Below, piece after piece: positions 19,775-28,621 of a DNA stretch of 64,000 bases. How positions within the stretch are numbered: the first letter of the stretch is position 1; each line of letters begins with the position of its first letter. A model generated the notes under the pieces. That model was not told the origin of the DNA. It did no database searches and saw only the letters and a list, made by a program, of their open reading frames with translations. Location: contig JBAZXC010000001.1 of NCBI GenBank assembly GCA_041660065.1, positions 200,535 through 264,534 of the forward strand, in the 5' to 3' direction. Both the position numbers and the translations under genes were made by a program. Source of the DNA: Parcubacteria group bacterium. GTDB lineage: Bacteria; Patescibacteriota; Minisyncoccia; Moranbacterales; GCA-2747515.

Positions 19775-20065
19775 ATGAACGATGTAAAAAAGATCTTTGT
19801 CGTGTGCAGCGGAGAGGGATGTGGTAACGTATTGGGCTGTTTTGACAAGTACGGCATCAATCGTATTTGTATTGTCGATTGTGGCAAACAAACACCGCAT
19901 GGAAAAGAGCAATTTTTCCAGTGCACAGATACAAAGGATCATGTTGAGCAAGGCGATCTCAGTGGTTACAAAATAGAGCTCGATGAAAAGGGCTCTTGTG
20001 ACCTATGTCCTACTTCAGCTACTGCCAAACTGGATTTGGAGCCGGTAGCGTATATGTCCTCATAA
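19775..20065 (+). CDS. Small Cys-rich hypothetical protein (about 96 aa)
   Basis: RBS aaggagg lies 8 nt upstream of the ATG. Eight Cys including C-x4-C, C-x3-C and C-x2-C pairs. Flanked by a consensus promoter and a strong terminator. Confidence 0.5.
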   Translation: MNDVKKIFVVCSGEGCGNVLGCFDKYGINRICIVDCGKQTPHGKEQFFQCTDTKDHVEQGDLSGYKIELDEKGSCDLCPTSATAKLDLEPVAYMSS

Positions 20066-20075
20066 GGTTTTGTTG

Positions 20076-20116
20076 AGAGTCCTCGTGTATAATTGCGCGA
20101 GGACTCTTCTATTTTT
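20076..20116 (+). terminator. Rho-independent terminator
   Basis: gagagtcctcg-(loop)-cgaggactctc followed by ttctattttt. Confidence 0.65.
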
Positions 20117-20159
20117 ATCAAAATTTTTCTATTTTTCAATTCGATGATAAAATAAACAA

Positions 20160-20654
20160 ATGGTCATACGAAAACAATTTCCACGATTCTTGTCACCGTA
20201 TTGTATTGCACTGGAGAAATCTGTCGGTGCGGTGGTTTTCCGCGTCGAAAATGGAGAAAGGCAGTATCTCGTGATCAAATATCGTAATGGGCATTGGGAA
20301 TTTCCACGTGGGCACATCGAAGACGATGAAACAGAGATCGATACAATGCGCAGGGAGATCCTGGAAGAGGTCAATGTGACAGAATTGGAGGTTGTCCCCT
20401 CATTTCGGGAAAATATTCGTTTTTTTTATACGGCGCAAGGACGGGAAAGAAAGGAGCGTTGTGCGCAAAAAAATTGTATCTTTGTGCATAAGAAAGCAAC
20501 ATTTTATCTTGTCGAGGTACAAGCCCTGGATACGATCGCACTTTCGCATGAACATACGGATTTTGTATGGCTGACATTTCCGGAAGCCTATGAAAAACTG
20601 ACATTTGCCAATGCGCGGTCCGTCCTCAAAAAAGCGCATCAACATGTATGTTGA
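20160..20654 (+). CDS. NUDIX hydrolase
   Basis: Nudix box 'GHWEFPRGHIEDDETEIDTMRREILEEVNV' (GX5EX7REUXEEXGU). Confidence 0.8.
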   Translation: MVIRKQFPRFLSPYCIALEKSVGAVVFRVENGERQYLVIKYRNGHWEFPRGHIEDDETEIDTMRREILEEVNVTELEVVPSFRENIRFFYTAQGRERKERCAQKNCIFVHKKATFYLVEVQALDTIALSHEHTDFVWLTFPEAYEKLTFANARSVLKKAHQHVC

Positions 20655-20783
20655 GAAGTGATCGTTTGCATTTTAGTGCCGATATAGTACAATAACCGAG
20701 AGCTGTGTTTTCTACAAAATTTCCGTATGATGACATGGAAAAAGAAAACGTTTTTTTGAGGTAATTACCTTTTATTTTTTTAT

Positions 20784-22487
20784 ATGTTTAGGAAAAACTT
20801 ACGCAAATTCATCTATGTGATCATTTTTTCAATTGTGATGATCGTGATCGCTTTACCGACAGTAAAATATTTGCCTGAGTCGGTGCAAGGTCGTTTTGAA
20901 AAACTGGCGGTTAATTTGGGATTGGATCTGCAAGGAGGATTGCACTTGGAATACAAACTTGATCTTTCCAATGTGCCTGATGAGAAGAAGGGTGAAGCAA
21001 AGAATGCTGTGCAAGCGGCGGCAGAACGCAAGGTCAACGCGTACGGTGTCGGTGAGCCGATCGTCTGGCTCTCTGAACGTGGTGCGGAAACGTATTTGAT
21101 GGTAGAAATCCCGGGTGTAAAAAATATTGAAGATGTAAAGAATGTTATTCAGAAAGCACCACTCTTGGAATTCAAAGAATCAAAGACCGAGGAAGAAATG
21201 GCAAAAGAAAAAACGGATATGGACGCGGCAATGGCCGAAACACTTGCGCCGATGAACGAGGAAGCGCATCAAAAGGCGATAGGGGCGTTGGAAAGAGCAA
21301 AAAATGGCGAAGACTTTGTCGCGCTAGGAAAGGAATTCAGTCAAAATCCCGATACGGCGACGGGTGAGGAAAATGTGATCGATTTTAAAAAAAGAGCTGA
21401 TCTACCTACAGAACTTGGCGATGCGCTTTTTTCTGATAACCTAAGTGATGGATCGGTCTATCCCAACCTGATCGAAACCGATCAGGGATGGTTTATCATC
21501 AAAAAATTAGAGATGCGCGGTGAAGGTGATGAGCGAGAGGTGAGGGCACAATACATTCCTTTTGGCAAAGTTTCAATACCGGTTGAGCCGTATAAAACAA
21601 CCGGATTGACGGGAGAATTCCTCGAACGTGCAGACGTGAATATGCAAAATACAATGGGTGGCGGTATTTCTGAGCCAGCCGTCCTTTTGACGTTCAATGG
21701 TGAAGGGAAAGATTTGTTTGCAGAGATCACCAAACGCAATCTCGGCAAACCGGTCGCGATCTATCTCGACAATCAGCTCATTTCTGCGCCAACAGTACAA
21801 GCAGAGATCGTGGATGGACGTGCGGAGATCACAGGGAACTTTACCGTTACGGAAGCAAAGGAATTGGCGCGACAACTCACTGAGGGCTCGTTGCCTGTGC
21901 CCTTTGAACTCGTATCACAGCAAAGTGTTGAAGCAACGCTTGGCGCGGAAGCATTGGCAAAGAGTTTGAAAGCGGGCATGTACGGACTCCTCCTTACGAT
22001 GATCTTTATGACGCTATATTATCGTCTCTTTGGCTTGATCGCGGCACTTGCCTTGTGTGTCTATACGGGAACTTTAGTGACGATCTTTAAGTTATCCAGC
22101 TATACACCCTTGTCAATCACACTCACGCTCGCCGGTATTGCCGGTATCACGTTGTCGATTGGTATGGCGGTGGACGCGAACGTCCTCATCTTTGAGCGTA
22201 TTCGCGAAGAATTGCGTTTTGGTAAACCGTTGCGACGTGCCATAGCTGAGGGATTCAAGCGTGCATGGCCGTCAATTCGTGACGGCAATGTGTCCACGAT
22301 CATTACATCGGTGATCCTCATGATGATGGGGACGAGTTTTGTCAAAGGATTTGCGCTCATCCTCATACTTGGTATTGTCGTACACATATTTACAGCAATT
22401 GTTTTGGTGCGTATTGTGCTCACATACATTTCCGGGGATTGGCTATCCAATCATTCTTGGCTCATAATGTCTAATAAGAAGAAATAA
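20784..22487 (+). CDS. secD: Protein translocase subunit SecD, carrying an inserted parvulin-like (degenerate PPIase) domain in the periplasmic head
   Basis: 'LGLDLQGGLHLEYKLD' SecD signature and six C-terminal transmembrane helices. Residues ~155-245 align to PpiC-type parvulins but lack the catalytic His and the GGDLG motif. Confidence 0.88.
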   Translation: MFRKNLRKFIYVIIFSIVMIVIALPTVKYLPESVQGRFEKLAVNLGLDLQGGLHLEYKLDLSNVPDEKKGEAKNAVQAAAERKVNAYGVGEPIVWLSERGAETYLMVEIPGVKNIEDVKNVIQKAPLLEFKESKTEEEMAKEKTDMDAAMAETLAPMNEEAHQKAIGALERAKNGEDFVALGKEFSQNPDTATGEENVIDFKKRADLPTELGDALFSDNLSDGSVYPNLIETDQGWFIIKKLEMRGEGDEREVRAQYIPFGKVSIPVEPYKTTGLTGEFLERADVNMQNTMGGGISEPAVLLTFNGEGKDLFAEITKRNLGKPVAIYLDNQLISAPTVQAEIVDGRAEITGNFTVTEAKELARQLTEGSLPVPFELVSQQSVEATLGAEALAKSLKAGMYGLLLTMIFMTLYYRLFGLIAALALCVYTGTLVTIFKLSSYTPLSITLTLAGIAGITLSIGMAVDANVLIFERIREELRFGKPLRRAIAEGFKRAWPSIRDGNVSTIITSVILMMMGTSFVKGFALILILGIVVHIFTAIVLVRIVLTYISGDWLSNHSWLIMSNKKK

Positions 22488-22491
22488 CTAT

Positions 22492-23421
22492 ATGATCGAT
22501 TTTATTGAAAAAAGAAAATATTTCTACGCTTTTTCCGGCACACTTGCTTTTTTGAGTGTGCTTGCAATTGCACTATGGGGCCTTAAATTAGGTATTGACT
22601 TTGTGGGTGGCACAGAAATGGAGTTTAAGATCGGTGATGATGTGTCGATCACAAAAGATGTTTTGTGTGCCAAAATTGAGGGTGGGTGTGCGAGTGATTT
22701 CACTGTTTTGGAGAGTCAAAGTGAACATGGCAGAAGTATTTTTGTGCGATACAAGAGTTCTGATGAAGTTTTCAATCAAAAGGTGCTTGCCGCAGTCAAA
22801 GAAATTGATTCGACGACTGTACAGCTTAAGTCGGATTTTATCGGCGCAATGGTTTCTACACAATTGAAGTCAAATGCCGCAAAAGCGATCCTTTTTTCGA
22901 TCATTGCGATCCTTTTGTATATCGCATGGGCATTTCGCAAGATCTCAGTGCCGGTATCCTCATGGTATTACGGGATCAGTGCCGTTGTTGCATTGGCACA
23001 TGATATTCTTATCACGATCGGTGTGTTTGCATTTCTCGGGCATTTTTATGACCATGAGATCGGCGTGCCATTTATCGCGGCATTGTTGACGATTCTGGGA
23101 TATAGCATCAATGACACGATCGTGGTGTATGATCGTGTGCGTGAAAATATGCTCAAAACACGTGCCGTATCCAATTTTCATGACATGGTCAACAAATCTC
23201 TCAATGAGACGTTGGCGCGCTCGATCAATACATCAATGACGGTGATCATCGTGCTTATCCCGATGGTGTTGTTTGGCGGGGAGTCGCTGTTTAATTTTTC
23301 ATTGGCACTTCTCATTGGCGTGGCGTTCGGGACATATTCATCGATTTTTGTGGCAACTGCGCTTGTGGTGACGATTTACCACATGCAACAAAAATATCGC
23401 GAGCAGCAAGCGCGAGCGTAG
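22492..23421 (+). CDS. secF: Protein translocase subunit SecF
   Basis: 'GIDFVGGTEMEF' and the 'AHDILITIGVFAFLG' transmembrane core. Position immediately after secD. Confidence 0.9.
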   Translation: MIDFIEKRKYFYAFSGTLAFLSVLAIALWGLKLGIDFVGGTEMEFKIGDDVSITKDVLCAKIEGGCASDFTVLESQSEHGRSIFVRYKSSDEVFNQKVLAAVKEIDSTTVQLKSDFIGAMVSTQLKSNAAKAILFSIIAILLYIAWAFRKISVPVSSWYYGISAVVALAHDILITIGVFAFLGHFYDHEIGVPFIAALLTILGYSINDTIVVYDRVRENMLKTRAVSNFHDMVNKSLNETLARSINTSMTVIIVLIPMVLFGGESLFNFSLALLIGVAFGTYSSIFVATALVVTIYHMQQKYREQQARA

Positions 23422-23456
23422 GTGCATTCTATTTGTAATATATCACAATTCATTAT

Positions 23457-23828
23457 ATGGGTATCACAGATTTTTTCAAAAAAAAGGATAAAAAAAAGAT
23501 CGATCCGATCGAAGCAAAAAAACAAGCAGAAAAGATGCTTGGCGGTAAAATGCCGGAAATCACCGACGCGATGATCGACCAAATGTTGGACGGCTCAATG
23601 CCGGGCGTACCAAAGCTTGGTCCCATGCAAAAAATGGCAATTCGCGGACTCAAGAAGATGTCCCCGGAAAAAAGACAAGAGGTGTTTGCCGAGGCATTTG
23701 GCAAAATGGGTGGCGCTGATGGAGAAAGCAAAGAAGAAATGGCAAAACAGATCGAGGAAATGCGTGCCGCCGGACAACTCAACTCCAAACAATACAAGAT
23801 CGCAAAGAAGCGTTTGGGGATCAAATAA
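23457..23828 (+). CDS. Small Lys/Met-rich hypothetical protein, weakly reminiscent of the Met-rich M-domain of SRP54/Ffh
   Basis: 123 aa with no transmembrane segment. 'GGKMPEITDAMIDQMLDGSMPGVPKLGPMQKMAIRGLKKMSPEKRQ' loosely parallels Ffh 'GQIPDNVKSQMDD...MTMKERA'. Homology is uncertain. Confidence 0.4.
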   Translation: MGITDFFKKKDKKKIDPIEAKKQAEKMLGGKMPEITDAMIDQMLDGSMPGVPKLGPMQKMAIRGLKKMSPEKRQEVFAEAFGKMGGADGESKEEMAKQIEEMRAAGQLNSKQYKIAKKRLGIK

Positions 23829-23865
23829 TTATTTCGTTCCTTCCTTAAACACAAGAGAGGTGTCT

Positions 23866-24300
23866 ATGTTATATCGCATAATGCCGGAGAAGTTCAATCC
23901 AAAGTTAGAAGTTGCAGGCGGCTTTATTGAGTGTGGTGGTGAATTCATTTTATTGCATCGGCAAGATCATAAAGCACAAGGAGATACATGGGGGATCCCA
24001 TCTGGAAAGATTCACGACGGAGAAAATCCGCGTGATGCCGCTTGTCGTGAAACTGCAGAGGAAACTGGCGTGATAATTTCGCGAGACCATATGGGTTATT
24101 TTGCAACAGTGTATGTCAGGTATCCTGATTACGATTTTATTTATCATATATTTCACGCCAAAATAAAAAGAAAGGCTGAGATCGAGATAAATAGAAATGA
24201 ACACAAGGATGCAAAATGGGTCTCACCGCAAGATGCATTGCGCATGCCGTTGATCGGAGATCTTGGTACCTGCATAAAACTTTTTTTTCAAAATACGTAG
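23866..24300 (+). CDS. NUDIX hydrolase (second copy)
   Basis: RBS agagagg-N6-ATG at 23866. Nudix box 'GIPSGKIHDGENPRDAACRETAEETGV'. The track ORF 23617-24300 includes an unlikely N-terminal extension that overlaps the previous gene. Confidence 0.75.
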   Translation: MLYRIMPEKFNPKLEVAGGFIECGGEFILLHRQDHKAQGDTWGIPSGKIHDGENPRDAACRETAEETGVIISRDHMGYFATVYVRYPDYDFIYHIFHAKIKRKAEIEINRNEHKDAKWVSPQDALRMPLIGDLGTCIKLFFQNT

Positions 24301-24422
24301 GACATAAAGAAGTAAAAGTTTTACGTCCAAAACCGATGGCAAAAAGCTATCGGTTTTTTATATAAACACTATTATTATTTCCACAAAATGCATCCAATTT
24401 CAATTCTGCGAGTTTACCCCCA

Positions 24423-24532
24423 TGTCATTCCCGTGAAAACGGGAATCTAGAATTCAGAATTATTATACGACAAATATTGATAGTGGATTCCCGTTCCCCG
24501 ATTTCTCGAGGACAAGCTTCACGGGAATGACA
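24423..24532. repeat. MITE-like element copy 2 (same 15-bp TIRs as copy 1)
   Basis: TGTCATTCCCGTGAA...(internal palindrome ttcccgtgaaaacgggaa)...ggattcccgttccccgatttctcgaggacaagcTTCACGGGAATGACA. Confidence 0.7.
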
Positions 24533-24580
24533 GTTGATCGTATGTAGAAAATTATAGCTATTCGCGGGAATCTACTAGAG

Positions 24581-24609
24581 TTGACATGATCTGAAAATTA
24601 TGCTATAAT
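24581..24609 (+). promoter_or_regulatory. Consensus sigma70 promoter (TTGACA-17-TATAAT, TGc extended -10) downstream of repeat copy 2
   Basis: gTTGACAtgatctgaaaattaTGcTATAATt has the same architecture as the promoter after copy 1. Confidence 0.65.
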
Positions 24610-24681
24610 TAACGGTTGAAATTGTTCAACAAATCAATTGTTGTGTTATTTGAAAATATCAAATTTCAATAGGAGAAAGAT

Positions 24682-25224
24682 ATGAGAAACTATGCCACCA
24701 GCCTTTTTTCATCAAGTGCGGATGTTGTGGCCACAGCGTTGATCTTTGCACTTTCGATGGGGATACTCCTCGTCATCCTAATTACGGGAATACAAAGAAG
24801 GAAGTTGCAACGAGAGCGCGATGCCTGTTACATGGTATTAATCGATCAGTTCATCAGAAAAAGAAATCCATTGGCTGATTTGATACTCGCTGAGATTGTG
24901 AGGGTCAGTATGACCATTTTAAAAGATGATGGAGAACTGATCAAATATGCCGTAGCAAAGATCCGTGATGCAAAATGTTATCGTATCTTTACTGATAACG
25001 GAATTATTTTAGATGAATATCGAATCATGATTGGTGCGATATTGAATATTGGTGCCCAATACAAGAAAGAGGCATCTGCAGTGGAAAGTGCCAATCAGAT
25101 TTTAATCACGGCGTTTTCAGCTCACTATATTGATATGAGCCAGGGGGTTCAGGCACATCTCAATCGCGCGAGTGACATTTTAATACAAATGTCATCGATG
25201 CTGGATAATCTCAAATCAATCTAA
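24682..25224 (+). CDS. Hypothetical membrane-anchored protein
   Basis: RBS taggagaaag-N4-ATG. One N-terminal transmembrane segment (ALIFALSMGILLVILITGI). Followed by a strong terminator (gcgcccacta...tggtgggcg + T-run, ~25232-25275). Confidence 0.5.
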   Translation: MRNYATSLFSSSADVVATALIFALSMGILLVILITGIQRRKLQRERDACYMVLIDQFIRKRNPLADLILAEIVRVSMTILKDDGELIKYAVAKIRDAKCYRIFTDNGIILDEYRIMIGAILNIGAQYKKEASAVESANQILITAFSAHYIDMSQGVQAHLNRASDILIQMSSMLDNLKSI

Positions 25225-25350
25225 ACCTCGTCAGCGCCCACTACATGTAAATGTTGGTGGGCGTTATTTTTTTTATAGTACAATTTATGGACGAAAAACT
25301 GCTTATCTGGTATGCTATAAATACATTTTATCCGCATTTGCACACATGTT

Positions 25351-26853
25351 ATGGCAGAACTAAAGGGTATTCGCGTGCGATTTGCACCATCACCGACGGG
25401 AGAATTACATATCGGGAGTCTCCGTACAACACTGACAAATTTTCTTTTTGCCCGCAAAAATAACGGGACGTTTATCTTGCGCATTGAAGACACGGATCAG
25501 AAGCGTTTTGTCGACGGCGCAGTCGAGCGTCTGATCGATTCTTTGACATGGGCGGGTATCACGATCGATGAAGGTGTAAAGATCGATGAAAGCACGGGCG
25601 TTGTGATCGAGGATGGTCCGTGCGGGCCATATATTCAATCAAAGAGATTGGCGATCTACCAAGAACACGTTCAACAACTTATCGATAGCAAAAAAGCGTA
25701 TCATTGCTTTTGCACGTCGGAGCGTTTGCAGGAGATGCGGACATCACAACAGGCGCGCAAAGAATCCCCCAAATACGATCGACACTGCTGTGCGCTCACA
25801 CAGGAGGAAGTGCAGACAAAACTGGATGCAGGAGAAAAATACGTTGTGCGTTTCAAAATTCCGGAAGGCGTGACGACATTTGACGATCTGATCTTTGGTC
25901 ATATTGAAGTGAATAATGACACGCTGGATGATCAAGTACTTATGAAATCAGACGGATTTCCCACATATCATTTGGCGGTTGTGGTGGATGATCACTTTAT
26001 GGAGATCTCACATGTTATCCGTGCGACGGAATGGCTTGCATCGACGCCAAAACATGTCTTGCTCTATGACGCGTTCGGTTGGAAAGAGGATATGCCTGCA
26101 TTTTGTCACGTTGCGCCGATTCTCAACAAGGATCGCAAAAAACTCTCAAAAAGAGAGGGTAGTGTGAGTGTGCAGGATTTTCGCGACAAGGGGTATCCCA
26201 GAGAAGCGCTTATCAATTTCATCGCGCTTTTAGGATGGAATCCCAAGACAGAACAGGAGATCTTTACAATGGATGAACTCATCGCACAATTTGATATCGC
26301 AAAGATGAATCGCGCAGGTGGCGTTTTTGATGTCGATCGTCTCAATTGGATCTCTCGTGAACATATCAAACGCATGTCGATCGATGATCTCTATCGCGAA
26401 GGTTTACCGTTTTTGGAACAAAAGGATTTTTATAAGAATGTACAGTTGAGCAAACACAAAGAGGACTTCATCAAAAAACTTCTCACCGTAGAACAGGATC
26501 GTCTTGATACTTTTGTACAGATCGGTGAGGCAAATCAATTTTTCTTTGCGGATGAAATTGCTGTGGACAAAGATCTATTACGATGGAAAGAGAACGCTGA
26601 TGTCGACACACAGAATGTTTTAACGCAGGCGCACACGATTCTTGTAAATATCACAGAAGAAGATTGGACGCGAGAAAATCTCGAAAAGCTCCTCATGGAC
26701 GCCGCGGGAGAAAAACGCGGGGATTTCCTCTGGCCACTGCGCGCGGCACTTACCGGTGAAAAACGTTCACCGAGTCCGTTTGACTGTGCATGGGTACTAG
26801 GCAAAGAAGACACAATCGCACGTATCAGCGCAGCGCTTGCTTGTTTTGAATAG
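25351..26853 (+). CDS. gltX: Glutamate--tRNA ligase
   Basis: 'RFAPSPTGELHIGSLRTTL' (HIGH), 'KLSKREG' (KMSKS), and 'YHLAVVVDDHFMEISHVIR'. Confidence 0.92.
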   Translation: MAELKGIRVRFAPSPTGELHIGSLRTTLTNFLFARKNNGTFILRIEDTDQKRFVDGAVERLIDSLTWAGITIDEGVKIDESTGVVIEDGPCGPYIQSKRLAIYQEHVQQLIDSKKAYHCFCTSERLQEMRTSQQARKESPKYDRHCCALTQEEVQTKLDAGEKYVVRFKIPEGVTTFDDLIFGHIEVNNDTLDDQVLMKSDGFPTYHLAVVVDDHFMEISHVIRATEWLASTPKHVLLYDAFGWKEDMPAFCHVAPILNKDRKKLSKREGSVSVQDFRDKGYPREALINFIALLGWNPKTEQEIFTMDELIAQFDIAKMNRAGGVFDVDRLNWISREHIKRMSIDDLYREGLPFLEQKDFYKNVQLSKHKEDFIKKLLTVEQDRLDTFVQIGEANQFFFADEIAVDKDLLRWKENADVDTQNVLTQAHTILVNITEEDWTRENLEKLLMDAAGEKRGDFLWPLRAALTGEKRSPSPFDCAWVLGKEDTIARISAALACFE

Positions 26854-26870
26854 TCTTTTTACATGAACAT

Positions 26871-27497
26871 ATGAACACGCAACAAGAGCTCGTTGATCAT
26901 TTGGTTCATAGTGGCGTTTTGGTAACTCCTCGTATCATTGATGCGTTCAGAGATGTTGATCGCAAAGATTTTGTGCTGTCGATATATGATGCACTAGAGA
27001 TCTATGCAGATCATGCATTGCCAATCGGCTATGGGCAAACGATCTCACAACCGTTTACAGTCGCATTTATGTGTGAAATACTGCAACCACGTGCAGGTGA
27101 TCATATTTTGGATGTGGGGAGCGGTTCAGGCTGGACAACGACGCTATTGGCACATATCGTGGGGGAAACGGGTGTGGTACGAGGTGTAGAGATCATACCT
27201 GAACTTGTATCATTTGGAGCAAAAAATCTTGCAAAATATTACCATAAAAACGCATCAATCATACAAAGCAGTGATGCGTATGGGCTACCGGCATATAAAC
27301 CGTATGATAGAATTCTTGTATCCGCCGCAGGTACGCATATACCGCAAGAATTGGTTGACCAGCTTTCAGATGATGGGATCTTGGTTATGCCTGTAGAACA
27401 TGAGATCATTCGCTATAAAAAAGATGGTGGTGACATCGATCGCTATGAAGGATTCTCCTTTGTGCCACTGATCAATCCGTCAAAAAATATTTTATAA
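26871..27497 (+). CDS. pcm: Protein-L-isoaspartate O-methyltransferase
   Basis: 'GYGQTISQPFTVAFMCEIL' and the SAM motif 'ILDVGSGSGWTTTLLAHIV'. Confidence 0.85.
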   Translation: MNTQQELVDHLVHSGVLVTPRIIDAFRDVDRKDFVLSIYDALEIYADHALPIGYGQTISQPFTVAFMCEILQPRAGDHILDVGSGSGWTTTLLAHIVGETGVVRGVEIIPELVSFGAKNLAKYYHKNASIIQSSDAYGLPAYKPYDRILVSAAGTHIPQELVDQLSDDGILVMPVEHEIIRYKKDGGDIDRYEGFSFVPLINPSKNIL

Positions 27498-27503
27498 AAA
27501 TTT

Positions 27504-28490
27504 ATGAATACAAAAAAGATAATCATTATGATTGGGCTAGGCATATGCGGTGTTATTATTTTGTCAGTGGTCTACATGGTATTTTTTGGTAAAAATCAAT
27601 TACAGGAAGAGAGTGTCTTTGTCGTTGGGAAAAACCAGACAGAATTGGAGATCATAGATAAAATGAAAAAACAAGAGTTGATCAAAAACAAAACGATTTT
27701 CGTGGTCACGCTCTATCTCAGAGGTAAACATCATGCGATTGCACCTGGCGGGTACAAGATGCAAAAAAATATGACCATGTGGCACGTGATCAATAAGATC
27801 ACATCTCCTCCCGATATGAAATGGGTCGTCATACGCGAAGGATTGCGGAAAGAACAAATTGGCGAATTGTTGGCGGATACTTTTGGTTGGAGCGAAGAGG
27901 ACGTTGATAAATGGAATACTGTGTATACAAAGATGGAAATTGACTATCTGGAGGGGACATATTTTCCCGATACTTATCTCATTCCTGTCGATGAAGATGG
28001 CCTGGCGGTTGCTAAACGTATGATACGTCGTTTCAATGAGCAATTTGAGCCGTATATCGGTCAATTTGCCGAGCAAAATATCAAGTGGACAACCGGTCTC
28101 ACAATGGCGTCGATCATTCAACGAGAGGCAGGCGGAAAGGATGACATGCCACTGATCGCCGGGATCTTGTGGAATCGTCTGAAACAAGATATGAATTTGG
28201 AGATCGATGCGACTGTCCAATATGCCCGAGGTAAGACAGAGGAAGGTTGGTGGGCTCCAATTACGCCGGAAGACATCACGAGGATCGATTCTCCGTACAA
28301 TACATATATGTACAAAGGGTTGCCACCGCATCCGATCTCCAATCCGGGCGTGGATGCAATCGATGCTGTCTTGCATCCTACAGAAACGGAATGCTTGTAT
28401 TATCTCCATGATCGCGATCGAGAGATCCATTGTGCAAAAACATATGAAGAACACAAAGAAAATATTGAGAAATATTTGCAGCGTTTATAA
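27504..28490 (+). CDS. mltG: Endolytic murein transglycosylase MltG (YceG-like)
   Basis: N-terminal transmembrane segment. 'LTMASIIQREAG', 'YNTYMYKGLPPHPISNPGVDAIDAVLHP' YceG signature. Confidence 0.8.
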   Translation: MNTKKIIIMIGLGICGVIILSVVYMVFFGKNQLQEESVFVVGKNQTELEIIDKMKKQELIKNKTIFVVTLYLRGKHHAIAPGGYKMQKNMTMWHVINKITSPPDMKWVVIREGLRKEQIGELLADTFGWSEEDVDKWNTVYTKMEIDYLEGTYFPDTYLIPVDEDGLAVAKRMIRRFNEQFEPYIGQFAEQNIKWTTGLTMASIIQREAGGKDDMPLIAGILWNRLKQDMNLEIDATVQYARGKTEEGWWAPITPEDITRIDSPYNTYMYKGLPPHPISNPGVDAIDAVLHPTETECLYYLHDRDREIHCAKTYEEHKENIEKYLQRL

Positions 28491-28621
28491 AAACATTTTT
28501 CTTTATGTTTTTACGCCTTTCTTTTTATTATTTATTCTGATAGACTTGAGGTGTAAAATTGTACCGCAAAATTTCATAAAAAAGAGGTAAAAAATCGTTT
28601 CTTATCAGTAAACGGTATGTT

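Noticed and set aside
19566-24532. Integron attC-site interpretation of the two TIR elements
   Set aside because: The ends do not match the RYYYAAC/GTTRRRY core sites. The elements precede rather than follow their ORFs. No intI is present.
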